NCBI GenBank assembly: GCA_030696105.1
Contig: JAUYNJ010000001.1
Coordinates: 134,903-198,902 of the forward strand
DNA: 64,000 bases
Direction: 5' to 3'
Origin: a bacterium
GTDB taxonomy: Bacteria; Patescibacteriota; Patescibacteriia; Patescibacteriales; UBA12465
Under the pieces are notes generated by a model. The model made no database searches and was not told where the DNA came from. It saw nothing but the letters and a program-made list of their open reading frames with translations. Numbering within the stretch: the first letter of the stretch is position 1; every line of letters begins with the position of its first letter. A program made the position numbers and the translations under genes. This document shows, one piece after another, positions 9,344 through 18,678 of this stretch.

Positions 9344-10357
9344 ATGAGTAAAATGTTTAATCGTTTTTTACAGAATAAGCGAGCTGTTGGCACCGGTTTA
9401 ATTGTATTGGCCGTCGTCGTCGTAGCCGCTCTTTTCCTTTTTGGTCCATGGGGCCAGGCGGGCACAAAGTTAAGTAGTGAAGAAGCAAGCACAAAGTCAG
9501 AATCGTTTATTAATGATTTTCTAATGCCTAGCGGCAGTAAGGCAACGATTTCTGAGGTTAGCGAAGAGTATGGTTTATATAAGATGATGATTGATATTGG
9601 CTCAGAAAGCCCAGTAGAATCATACGTCACAAAAGATGGTCGCCTTTTCTTCCCACAAGCCATTGATATGGATGAAATGCTCGGCGAACAGTCACCAACT
9701 GCAGGCGCCCCTGGCGCCAATACAGCGATTGATTTAAATATTCCTAAGACTGATAAGCCGGTCGTTGAATTATTCGTGATGAGCTACTGCCCATACGGCA
9801 CTCAAATCGAAAAAGGCATGCTTCCGGTTATCGAAACGCTCGGTGATAAGATGGACTTCCGGTTAAAGTTTGTTGATTACATCATGCACGACAAGGAAGA
9901 AATCGATGAAAACCTTATTCAGTACTGTATTCAAGAGGAACAACCAGAACAACTTCTTTCATACTTACAGTGTTTCCTCGCTGATGGTGACACTGCTGGA
10001 TGTTTAAGTGGAAAGAATATTAATAAGAGTAAGATCGAAAGCTGTGTAGCTGCTACTGATAAGAAGTTCAGCGTCACTGACAATTACAACAAAAAACTAG
10101 ATTACCGCGGTCAGTTCCCAGGATTTAACGTTGATAAAGAAGATAACGCCAAGTACGGCGTTGGCGGCTCTCCGACATTAGTAATCAACGGCCTTGAGGT
10201 TTCAAGTGGCCGCGACTCCGCCACTTTGCTCGCCACTATCTGCTCAGCTTTTAACGAAGCTCCGGCTGAATGTGCCACTCAGTTAAATGCTCAGTCACCA
10301 ACTCCAGGCTTTGGCTTTGATTATAACGTTGCCTCCACTGACGCTTCCTGCAACTAA
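9344..10357 (+). CDS. secreted/membrane-anchored thioredoxin-fold-like protein with a degenerate CPYG motif
   Basis: N-terminal TM/signal. Central VELFVMSYCPYGTQIEKG resembles a DsbA/glutaredoxin CPYC site but has G in place of the second Cys. Additional Cys pairs occur towards the C-terminus. Confidence 0.4.
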   Translation: MSKMFNRFLQNKRAVGTGLIVLAVVVVAALFLFGPWGQAGTKLSSEEASTKSESFINDFLMPSGSKATISEVSEEYGLYKMMIDIGSESPVESYVTKDGRLFFPQAIDMDEMLGEQSPTAGAPGANTAIDLNIPKTDKPVVELFVMSYCPYGTQIEKGMLPVIETLGDKMDFRLKFVDYIMHDKEEIDENLIQYCIQEEQPEQLLSYLQCFLADGDTAGCLSGKNINKSKIESCVAATDKKFSVTDNYNKKLDYRGQFPGFNVDKEDNAKYGVGGSPTLVINGLEVSSGRDSATLLATICSAFNEAPAECATQLNAQSPTPGFGFDYNVASTDASCN

Positions 10358-10390
10358 AAAAGTAAGTAAAAATTGATACTAAAAAAGGCT

Positions 10391-10421
10391 ATCTGCGTGA
10401 TAGCCTTTTTTGATGCTCTGA
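10391..10421. terminator. bidirectional rho-independent terminator between two convergent genes
   Basis: aaaaaaGGCTATCtgcgtGATAGCCttttttga: a perfect hairpin flanked by an A-run and a T-run. Confidence 0.6.
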
Positions 10422-10425
10422 TGTA

Positions 10426-11652
10426 TTATCTCCCGCGCCAATGTTTGGCGGCGAGTATACGACGTACCGCTAAAATATAGGCGGCCTGCCTTAAACTAAT
10501 CCCTGTTTTTTCTTTGTAAACATCATAAGTGCGCTGCCAATTTGCTCTCATCTTTTTTTCTAGGAGATTTCGTAAATATTCTTCATCGAGAATCTGTCCA
10601 GTGCGATTCTGCGCCCATTCAAAGTAACTCACAATCACGCCACCTGAGTTAGCGAGAATGTCGGGAACAATTACGACGCCCGCCTCATCTAAAATCTTAT
10701 CGGCTGCTAAATCAATCGGCCCATTAGCCAATTCAATAATGTGCTTGGCTTTAATTCTGTGTGCATTGTCCGCCGTGATCTGATTTTCTAGGGCGGCAAG
10801 AATTAATATATCAACATCAAGCTCGAGTAAAACCTCATTGCTAATTGGCGCGCCTGGCTGAAAACCTTCAACCGCCTTACCCTCAGCTTTAAACAAGCTT
10901 AGCTTGGCAACATCTAACCCGTCAGCATTAAATATACCGCCGCGGCTATCAGATGCAGCTACTACTTTATAACCGTCAGCAAAAATCTTTTCTGCCATTA
11001 AGGCACCGGCATTGCCGAAGCCTTGAATAGCGACTGAGATGTCAGAAGGCTTGCGGTTTTTAATAAACATTTTCGCCGCTTCCTGCATCACAAAATATCC
11101 ACCCTGCGCAGTCGCATCTGCTCTTAACTTAATGCCGCCAAGCTCAACAGGTTTACCAGTAATCATCCCTGGCTCGTGTCTACCTGTTACTTTTTCAAAT
11201 TCATCGAGCATCCAGGACATAATCTGACTATTGGTATAAACGTCTGGCGCTGGGATATCCTTATCCTGCCCAAGCACATCAGCAAAAGTGCGTGCGTAAG
11301 CGCGCGAAACTGCTTCGAGTTCTGCCTTATCAGCAGTTTTAGGATCGAACTTAACGCCGCCTTTGGCGCCGCCGTAAGGGATGTCGGCTAATGAGTTCTT
11401 TAAAGCCATCCAGAAGGCGAGTGACTGCACCTCATCTTCACTCACATCGGGGTGATAGCGAATACCGCCCTTACCGGGACCAAGGTCTGAACTATAGAGA
11501 ATACGCCAAGCGGGATATTCCTTTCCGTTTACCTCCATGTTTTTATACGACACTCGTGCGGGCGTGCTCAGCAATACCAAATCTGACTCGCTTATACTGT
11601 CGAGCGCTGCGACCGTTGTCAAACGATTAAGATTGTCCTGAAAGATACTCAT
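10426..11652 (-). CDS. gdhA: NAD(P)-dependent glutamate dehydrogenase
   Basis: Glu/Leu/Phe/Val dehydrogenase signature IPYGGAKGGVKFDPK, 408 aa. Confidence 0.9.
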   Translation of the reverse strand: MSIFQDNLNRLTTVAALDSISESDLVLLSTPARVSYKNMEVNGKEYPAWRILYSSDLGPGKGGIRYHPDVSEDEVQSLAFWMALKNSLADIPYGGAKGGVKFDPKTADKAELEAVSRAYARTFADVLGQDKDIPAPDVYTNSQIMSWMLDEFEKVTGRHEPGMITGKPVELGGIKLRADATAQGGYFVMQEAAKMFIKNRKPSDISVAIQGFGNAGALMAEKIFADGYKVVAASDSRGGIFNADGLDVAKLSLFKAEGKAVEGFQPGAPISNEVLLELDVDILILAALENQITADNAHRIKAKHIIELANGPIDLAADKILDEAGVVIVPDILANSGGVIVSYFEWAQNRTGQILDEEYLRNLLEKKMRANWQRTYDVYKEKTGISLRQAAYILAVRRILAAKHWRGR

Positions 11653-11717
11653 ATATATCGATGGTTATTATATAAACAAAGCGACCGCAAAATACGGCCG
11701 CTTGGTCTTTTTATATG

Positions 11718-12047
11718 TTATAAATGCTTCTCGAGGCTTGCTCGTAAATCATCCTGACTTCTTAAGCCGATGAATTCTTCAACCACCTGCCCGCCCTTGA
11801 ACAACTTCATGTTAGGGATGCTTTGGATTTGGTATTGAATAGCTAAGTCTTGATTCTCAGGATTCTCAGTATCAACTTTTGTAATCTTCATTTTACCATC
11901 AAAAGTTGTTGCTAATTCATCGAGAATTGGCGCCATCATCCGACACGGCGCACACCATGGTGCCCAAAAATCGACGAGAACCGGTGTCTCACTTTTTAAT
12001 ACCTGTTCTTTAAAAGTGCTTTTTGTTAAATCAATTGCTTTACCCAT
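11718..12047 (-). CDS. trxA: thioredoxin
   Basis: 109 aa, active site WAPWCAPCR (a WCxPC variant). Confidence 0.9.
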   Translation of the reverse strand: MGKAIDLTKSTFKEQVLKSETPVLVDFWAPWCAPCRMMAPILDELATTFDGKMKITKVDTENPENQDLAIQYQIQSIPNMKLFKGGQVVEEFIGLRSQDDLRASLEKHL

Positions 12048-12067
12048 AAATTTATATTTTATGTTTA

Positions 12068-12313
12068 TTATTTTTTAATTACTTCTTTTAGCAAGCCGGC
12101 CATCTTTTCACGTTTTGCCGGCGATATTTTACCATTTAAACAACGGTCCAACTCAGAAGAAAGTATTTGCTCGGTGAGCGATGACATCGCAGAACGAACA
12201 GCCTTCATTTGATTAAGCAAAGGAAAGCAATCCTCCGGAGCTTGAGCAAGCATCCGCTTGATGCCTTCTAGCTGTCCAATAATATTGTTTATCCTTTGTT
12301 CTGAGGTTTTCAT
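12068..12313 (-). CDS. CsoR/RcnR/CstR-family metal/persulfide-sensing transcriptional repressor (two-Cys type)
   Basis: DUF156 fold: RINNIIGQLEGIKRML ... EDCFPLL ... SELDRCLNG. It has only two Cys and lacks the His of the copper-type x-C-H-C fingerprint. I take the start at ATG 12313; the annotated extension to 12361 runs through the gene's own promoter. Confidence 0.7.
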   Translation of the reverse strand: MKTSEQRINNIIGQLEGIKRMLAQAPEDCFPLLNQMKAVRSAMSSLTEQILSSELDRCLNGKISPAKREKMAGLLKEVIKK

Positions 12314-12331
12314 AAATTTGTATCTATTCTG

Positions 12332-12361
12332 AGTATACACCACACCCCAGGGGGGTGTCAA
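12332..12361 (-). promoter_or_regulatory. sigma70-like promoter with embedded GC palindrome (candidate CsoR-family operator)
   Basis: On the minus strand: TTGACA (12361-12356), an 18-nt spacer containing the 17-bp palindrome ACACCCCAGGGGGGTGT, then TATACT (12337-12332). It lies about 19 nt upstream of the ATG. GC-tract palindromes of this kind are typical CsoR-family operators. Confidence 0.5.
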
Positions 12362-13059
12362 GAGCTTTGAGTTTTTTCTGCAATTATCCAGTAATTGTAG
12401 CCACTGTTATTGTCTTTTATTACTTTCCAGCCAGCGGCTTCTATTTCGCGACGAAAGCCTGAACGGGTGAATAGGTGATAATACCGGGTCGCCATTTCCT
12501 TGCCGTCATCGCCCTTCCAAGGGAAAACAAAATCTAGCCAGCCGTAAGGATGTGCGCCGCGTATTTTTTTTAACCAGGTTTGATAGAGCTGACGCCGATA
12601 CTTTCCTCTAAACTTCCAATAACTAATAATTAATTTGCCACCGGGAGCGGTCGCGTTATAAATATTTTTCAGTGCCTGAATTCTTTCATTCTTACCCGGG
12701 ATGTGACCCAGTACCGCCGAACAAAAAACGGCACTGTATTTATCAGTGGGAAGAGAGTTAATAATGGTTAAATCAGCGACCTCAAACTGAAAGGCAGGGT
12801 GATCTTGGCGGGCAATTTCAATTAAAGCCCGACTTTGATCGATGCCGAGATAGTTATTAGGATTAATGCTCAGCCAGTCGAGTAGTCGCCCGTTACCGCA
12901 ACCAGCATCAAGCACAAAATCATCTGCTTGAATATGCCCCATCGCCCAAAAAAAATCTAAGCCAGGTGCTTTAACCCTAGTGGCCGCGAAATGCTTCGCC
13001 GCGACTTCGTATGAAGACGCAACCATCTCTTTTAGTTGTCGAAGCTTATTTTCTTTCAT
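12358..13059 (-). CDS. class I SAM-dependent methyltransferase
   Basis: Motif I LDAGCGNGRL. 4-bp stop/start overlap with recQ. Confidence 0.7.
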   Translation of the reverse strand: MKENKLRQLKEMVASSYEVAAKHFAATRVKAPGLDFFWAMGHIQADDFVLDAGCGNGRLLDWLSINPNNYLGIDQSRALIEIARQDHPAFQFEVADLTIINSLPTDKYSAVFCSAVLGHIPGKNERIQALKNIYNATAPGGKLIISYWKFRGKYRRQLYQTWLKKIRGAHPYGWLDFVFPWKGDDGKEMATRYYHLFTRSGFRREIEAAGWKVIKDNNSGYNYWIIAEKTQSS

Positions 13060-13061
13060 AA

Positions 13062-14852
13062 TTAATAGCTGGCGAGGTATTCTCGTTTTGGCATTTTACC
13101 GCGACGCATACAATTATCACAGTGTCCGCAGAGTTTTGGATCATCTTCTCCGAAATATTTCAAGATAAACTGCTGTCGACACATATTAGTGCGCACGTAT
13201 GCTTCCATTTCTTCAAGTTTAGCACGTGCCCGACCAGCCTTTTCTTCTAGAGCAGAAAAGTCGACGTCTATTTCTTCGGGGTCCGTTTCTTTCAGTATTC
13301 GAATTTCAGTGCCCTTAAAAGGAGGGCGGTATTCAACTAAGTCTTGCTCAGCCATTTTTTTTATCGCTCGGTTAAGCACGTCTTTTTTGATGCGTAAACT
13401 AAGAGCTGCTTCCTCGGCAACAAATTGCCAGCCATTTTGTATTTCATCCTCGTAGCGTTCTTTAAGTTTTTCTGCAATCGCAAGCTGCACTTTAGCGCGT
13501 GGACTAATGGCTGCAATTAATTCTTCCCACGATTTCAATAACTTTAAATAACTATTTGTGGTTCTTTCGTTGGGACGAGAGACATAGCCTTCTTTTTCTA
13601 AAATTTTAATAGCCGTGCCCACTGCCATTTCCGGCGCCGATTCTGACAACTGCTTAGTGAGTTCGCCGTAGGTAATTAAAACGGTTTCTTCATGCTCAGG
13701 ATTATTTTCTTTCGCCTGCAACAGAAAACGATACACATCTTTTATCAGTTGTGGTCCGGGGTTATCACCTTGAATAAAGAATTCTCGTAGGTAACGGTCG
13801 GAAGGGGAGTGAAACAAAATGCAAATACTTGGCCGCCCATCACGTCCGGCGCGACCTGCTTCTTGATAATAAGCTTCCAGTGTTCCCGGTAAATCATGGT
13901 GTAAAACAAAACGTATATCTTTCTTGTTGATCCCGAGACCAAAGGCGTTAGTGGCGACTACCACCTGCGCTTCTTTGCGCATAAACTGTTCCTGCACCCA
14001 ATTGCGACTATCAGCATCCATGCCGCCGTGATATGCAACGGCCGTAATGTCGTAATCAGACAGATATTCAACAATCTCATCAGCTTTCGAGCGCGTCCCC
14101 ACATAAACAATGCCGGAACCGCTTTCTTGTGAGCGAATAGCATCAAGAATATATTCAAATTTATCACTACCTTTTGCCTGCACAGCCGCCAACTGCAAAT
14201 TAGGTCGCGCAAAACCACTAACGACCAGCTCATAATCACTCAGACCTAATTGTTTGGCGATATCAGTTCGCACCTCCGTTGTGGCAGTAGCGGTAAGAGC
14301 GACCACGGTCGGATTGCCACAAAACTTTATCACTTCTTTTAAGCGTAAGTAGCTTGGACGGAAGTCGTGTCCCCACTGGCTGATGCAGTGCGCCTCATCA
14401 ATGGCAAACAAAGATACTTTTAATTTTTTTAGTTCATCCAAAAAAGCGCGATTATAAAAACGCTCGGGGGCAATGTAAATTAAACGAAAAGCGCCATCTC
14501 TTATTTGCGCTAAACGTTTAGTCGTTTCACTCAGCGACACGGATGAGTTAATAAAAGTTGCGGGAATGCCAACTTTTTCGAGAGAATCTACCTGATCTTT
14601 CATTAAGGCAATAAGGGGTGAGACGACTAAAGTTACCCCCTCTAAAACCAGAGAGGGCAATTGAAAAATCATCGATTTACCAGCCCCAGTCGGCAGAACG
14701 GCGACCGTATCTTTTCCATTTAAAAGGGCGTCAATCGCTTTTTCTTGTCCGGGACGAAAAGACTCGTATCCAAAATGGATGCGAAGCAGCTCAATTACTT
14801 GTTTCTTCTTAATCTCCATGGAGTCTATAGACAAGTAAAGCCATGCGGACAT
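13062..14852 (-). CDS. recQ: ATP-dependent DNA helicase RecQ
   Basis: Motifs [24 protein letters not shown] and the RecQ C-terminal region. The start may instead be the internal MEIKKKQ at 14819. Confidence 0.85.
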   Translation of the reverse strand: MSAWLYLSIDSMEIKKKQVIELLRIHFGYESFRPGQEKAIDALLNGKDTVAVLPTGAGKSMIFQLPSLVLEGVTLVVSPLIALMKDQVDSLEKVGIPATFINSSVSLSETTKRLAQIRDGAFRLIYIAPERFYNRAFLDELKKLKVSLFAIDEAHCISQWGHDFRPSYLRLKEVIKFCGNPTVVALTATATTEVRTDIAKQLGLSDYELVVSGFARPNLQLAAVQAKGSDKFEYILDAIRSQESGSGIVYVGTRSKADEIVEYLSDYDITAVAYHGGMDADSRNWVQEQFMRKEAQVVVATNAFGLGINKKDIRFVLHHDLPGTLEAYYQEAGRAGRDGRPSICILFHSPSDRYLREFFIQGDNPGPQLIKDVYRFLLQAKENNPEHEETVLITYGELTKQLSESAPEMAVGTAIKILEKEGYVSRPNERTTNSYLKLLKSWEELIAAISPRAKVQLAIAEKLKERYEDEIQNGWQFVAEEAALSLRIKKDVLNRAIKKMAEQDLVEYRPPFKGTEIRILKETDPEEIDVDFSALEEKAGRARAKLEEMEAYVRTNMCRQQFILKYFGEDDPKLCGHCDNCMRRGKMPKREYLASY

Positions 14853-14885
14853 GGCTATTACTTTATTTAATCTAACATTTTCAAA

Positions 14886-15737
14886 TTATTGACGGCGACG
14901 ATATATTTCAACCACATTTTTAAATAGAAAGGCGATGGTCATTGGACCAATTCCTCCTGGCACTGGGGTAATAGCGGCGGCATTATTTGCAGCACTATCA
15001 AAATCAACATCACCATGCACATGTCCATGGTCAGTGTTAATACCAATATCAACAATCACCGCTCCCTCGCGAACATAGTCCTCGTTTAAAAATAAAGGTA
15101 GACCGAGCGCGGTAACAATTAAATCCGCTTTCTTACTCACTGCTGTTAAACGATCTCGTAAAGCATTATCAGTGAGTGGGCTTTCGTCTTCTTTCACGGG
15201 CAACAAATCAACTTGCAGACCAAGTTTTTCTAAGTGCGATTTGAAAGATTCTCCAAAAACAGCGGAACGATGAAATACGCAAGCTCGACCGGTAATTTTT
15301 TTCTGCTTAGCAATATAATCGACTGCAGCGATGACCGGCGAAAGTACGTATTCTGGATGATAGGGATGGAAACCGTCCGCATCTTTGTAAGGACTAATAG
15401 CGGCAATCATTTTATCAGTATCAAATGAAATTGGCAGCGGTAACTGCAGCAATATCGCATCAACGCTTTCATCTTTATTCAAAAAATCAATCACAGTAAG
15501 CAGCTCCGCTTCGCTTGATTCCTCTTCCAGTCTATAAATATGAGTATCAATACTCACTTTTATGGCCTCTCGTTCTTTTAAAGAAACATAGAGCTTAGAG
15601 TCAGGGCGATCACCAACTAAAATAATTGCGAGACTGGGCCTACTTTCACCGCCATTCTCAAAAATCTCCGCCGTAATTTCATCTTTAATCTTTTCGGCGA
15701 TTTTTCTGCCATCAATTATTTGTTTAATTACTTTCAT
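14886..15737 (-). CDS. folD: bifunctional 5,10-methylene-THF dehydrogenase / methenyl-THF cyclohydrolase
   Basis: 283 aa. The FolD N-terminus (IDGRKIAEKIKDEI...AIILVGDRPDSKLYVSLK) is conserved. Confidence 0.9.
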   Translation of the reverse strand: MKVIKQIIDGRKIAEKIKDEITAEIFENGGESRPSLAIILVGDRPDSKLYVSLKEREAIKVSIDTHIYRLEEESSEAELLTVIDFLNKDESVDAILLQLPLPISFDTDKMIAAISPYKDADGFHPYHPEYVLSPVIAAVDYIAKQKKITGRACVFHRSAVFGESFKSHLEKLGLQVDLLPVKEDESPLTDNALRDRLTAVSKKADLIVTALGLPLFLNEDYVREGAVIVDIGINTDHGHVHGDVDFDSAANNAAAITPVPGGIGPMTIAFLFKNVVEIYRRRQ

Positions 15738-15739
15738 GT

Positions 15740-16981
15740 TTAAGCCGGGATAGGATAGCGTTTACAAAATTCCGCTGTCTTACCTTTTAATTCTAATAAC
15801 TTCACTTCATCTTCACGGTTAATAATCGCATCATCAATAATATCGGCTACAACTTTCATGTCTGCCTCTTTAAGTCCACGTGTCGTCACAGCTGGTGTGC
15901 CAATGCGAATACCCGAAGGATTCATTGGGGGATTAGGGTCATCAGGAATGGTGGAACGAGAAACGGAAATACCAAGTGCCTCGAGAGCCTTCTCCGCTTC
16001 CTTACCGACTAAGCCCTTAGTTGATAGGTCGACGACAAAAAGATGATTATCAGTACCGCCGGAGACAATACTATATCCTTTCGCAATTAAGGCGTCTGAT
16101 AAAGCCTGCGCATTTAAAATTGTTTGATGAGAGTACTCAGCAAATTCTGGTTTTAAGGCTTCACCAAAGGCAACAGCTTTAGCGGCGGTAACATTATCAT
16201 GAGGACCGCCTTGCATGCCTGGAAATACGGCACGATCAACTTGTTTTGCAAACTGCTCCTTACACATAATAACGGCGCCTCTCGGTCCGCGCAGGGTTTT
16301 ATGAGTCGTCGTTGCCACAACATCAAATATCGGCACCGGGTTAGTCAGTTGTTTGCCAGCAATTAGACCAGCAATGTGCGCGATATCAGCAAAAGTGTAG
16401 GCGCCAATTTCATCAGCAATTGCCTTAAATCCCGCCCAGTCAATTTCACGTGAGTAGGCGCTAAAGCCGGCTACAATCATTTTCGGTCTTTCGGCGAGAG
16501 CAACTTTGCGCAGCTCGTCCATATCAATGCGACCAGTTTTTGGGTCTAAGCCGTATTGTACAAAGTTATATAAGCGACCAGAGAAGTTTACACTATGTCC
16601 GTGAGAAAGGTGTCCGCCGTGATCAAGGCGTAAGCCTAGAACCTTATCACCTGGCTCCAGGAAAGCCATATAGACCGCGGCGTTGGCCGGTGACCCGGAC
16701 AAAGGCTGTACATTCGCGTGTTCAGCAGAAAAAAGCTCCTTAACGCGATTAATCGCCAAAGTTTCAATTTCATCAATAATACTGTTCCCGCCGTAATATC
16801 GTTTACCGGGGTAACCTTCGCTATATTTATTCGTTAAGACCGAGGACAAAGCCGCTCGCACCGCAGGTGAGGCGTAATTTTCAGAAGCAATGAGCTCAAG
16901 CTCATTATCTTGTCGTGTTTCCTCGCGTTCGATTATCTCGTCAACGACGGGGTCAAAAGTTGATAGTTCTTGTATTTTCAT
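15740..16981 (-). CDS. glyA: serine hydroxymethyltransferase
   Basis: LELIASENYASPAVRAALSSVLTNKYSEGYPGKRYYGG, 413 aa. Sits directly upstream of folD. Confidence 0.95.
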   Translation of the reverse strand: MKIQELSTFDPVVDEIIEREETRQDNELELIASENYASPAVRAALSSVLTNKYSEGYPGKRYYGGNSIIDEIETLAINRVKELFSAEHANVQPLSGSPANAAVYMAFLEPGDKVLGLRLDHGGHLSHGHSVNFSGRLYNFVQYGLDPKTGRIDMDELRKVALAERPKMIVAGFSAYSREIDWAGFKAIADEIGAYTFADIAHIAGLIAGKQLTNPVPIFDVVATTTHKTLRGPRGAVIMCKEQFAKQVDRAVFPGMQGGPHDNVTAAKAVAFGEALKPEFAEYSHQTILNAQALSDALIAKGYSIVSGGTDNHLFVVDLSTKGLVGKEAEKALEALGISVSRSTIPDDPNPPMNPSGIRIGTPAVTTRGLKEADMKVVADIIDDAIINREDEVKLLELKGKTAEFCKRYPIPA

Positions 16982-17045
16982 ATCTCTATCTTAGTTTAGC
17001 TAAGACCTTTTGTCAAAAGCTAAAATGCACTTTATTATAGCATTT

Positions 17046-18623
17046 TTAGAGCTTTTTTATCATATATCCGCCCGCTAAGCGATAGCCTAGTTTACGGTAA
17101 TAGCCTCTGACGCCGACGCCAGAGATTACAGCCAGCTTATCTGCCTTTTCTTGCTTAGCAATGCGCTCCGCTTCTTGCATTAAGCGTTTACCCAGGCCAC
17201 GATGCTGAACGCTCTTTTGACCACCAACAGGTGCTAGCTCGCCGTAGACGTGTAACTCACGGATAATCGCAGCGGCAACTGGACTAGATTTATCCAGGCG
17301 TAAGCGGCAGAATCCGTAAATTGTTTTACAATCAGTACTATCTAGACTAATGAAGTATTCCTCCCCACCGGAAGCTTTATACTGCTGCACATTTAAACTG
17401 TGTTCGCCGATTGAGGCCGTTTTTGGCTCACGGCACCTAATACAATGGCAAATAGCTCCCCGCTGCTGCATCACTTGTCTTAGGTTGGTAATTTTATTAC
17501 CGGCAATAATAGACTCGGCTGGTATATCGCGGATCAAACGAATAATGCGGACATAGGACGGGACTAAAGCTTTGCATTTTAAGATTAAGTTCTGCAAAAC
17601 TTTATCAGAATATGGTTTATATTTACCCGCCTTATACCATTTGTATAATAAGCTTCCCTTAGTTACGACGGTGGGATAAAATTTTATTTGATCTGGTTGA
17701 AATCGGGCATCAATAAACAAACGAGCAAACAATTTTAAATCTAAGCGAGGGTTCGAGCCTGGTAAAGCAGGCATTAGGTGATATGTGATCTTAAAGCCGT
17801 ATTGCTTTAATAAGGTAGTCGCTTCAGCAATAGCAGCGACGCCATGTCCACGTTTATTTAATTTTAAGATTGCGTCATCAACCGCTTGCACACCCATTTC
17901 CACGCGGGTGCATCCAAATTCGCGCATCTGCTCAAGCTCTTTTTTATTAATATAATCAGGGCGAGTCTCTAAAGTAAGACCAATGATGCGATACCGCGCT
18001 TGCTCATTTCTTTTTTGTTCCCGCTGCAATATTATTTTTAAATCGCTTAACTTAGTACTTAGAGGATAAGGCGTATTTACGAGCTTGCCGTTCGCTCGGT
18101 AATCATTAGCGGCCTTAAAGCAATTTACGATATACCAATATTTGTATTTTTCAGGCAGATAACTCCAAGTGCCACCAATAACAATGAGCTCCATCTTCGT
18201 GGGCTCATGACCGTTGTTCTCTAACGCACGCAAACGGGAGACAACTTGAATGTAGGGATGATAATCACAACGAATCGCACGCATTACCGCTGGTTCATTA
18301 GCCAGATAACTCACGGGGACGTCGGTTTCCCTGGGACAGTAAGCGCAAGTGCCTGGACAGGGATAGGATTTTGTTAAAACTGCAATCGGCGCAATTCCTG
18401 ATAATGTGCGCACCGAACGCTTCCTTAATAATGATTCAAAAGCTAAATTAGGTTTAAGTATTTTTTCACTAACCAGTCGCTTATATTCGCGAATTATCTC
18501 GTCATTACGAATAGCGTCAAGCTTATATTTTTTAGTATAAACTCTTTTTAGAGATGACAACTCATCCCGGTTGCGAACGGAATTTATACCCTCTTTGATT
18601 AATTCAGAAATTGCCTGGACCAT
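17046..18623 (-). CDS. Elp3-family radical SAM + GNAT acetyltransferase (tRNA U34 carboxymethylation type)
   Basis: Radical-SAM Cys cluster CPGTCAYC and a C-terminal GNAT motif RGLGKRLMQEAERIAKQ. I took the start at internal ATG 18623 (MVQAISEL); the upstream extension is hydrophobic junk that overlaps the divergent neighbour. Confidence 0.8.
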   Translation of the reverse strand: MVQAISELIKEGINSVRNRDELSSLKRVYTKKYKLDAIRNDEIIREYKRLVSEKILKPNLAFESLLRKRSVRTLSGIAPIAVLTKSYPCPGTCAYCPRETDVPVSYLANEPAVMRAIRCDYHPYIQVVSRLRALENNGHEPTKMELIVIGGTWSYLPEKYKYWYIVNCFKAANDYRANGKLVNTPYPLSTKLSDLKIILQREQKRNEQARYRIIGLTLETRPDYINKKELEQMREFGCTRVEMGVQAVDDAILKLNKRGHGVAAIAEATTLLKQYGFKITYHLMPALPGSNPRLDLKLFARLFIDARFQPDQIKFYPTVVTKGSLLYKWYKAGKYKPYSDKVLQNLILKCKALVPSYVRIIRLIRDIPAESIIAGNKITNLRQVMQQRGAICHCIRCREPKTASIGEHSLNVQQYKASGGEEYFISLDSTDCKTIYGFCRLRLDKSSPVAAAIIRELHVYGELAPVGGQKSVQHRGLGKRLMQEAERIAKQEKADKLAVISGVGVRGYYRKLGYRLAGGYMIKKL

Positions 18624-18678
18624 AGTTTTAGGATATAATAACGGTATAATTATAGCAAATATTTGTAATTTTTTTATT

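Noticed and set aside
11653-11717. Hairpin plus T-run in the gdh/trxA spacer as a functional terminator
   Set aside because: The T-run is on the plus strand, but there is no plus-strand gene upstream, since both neighbours are minus-strand. The orientation does not fit, so I left it unannotated.
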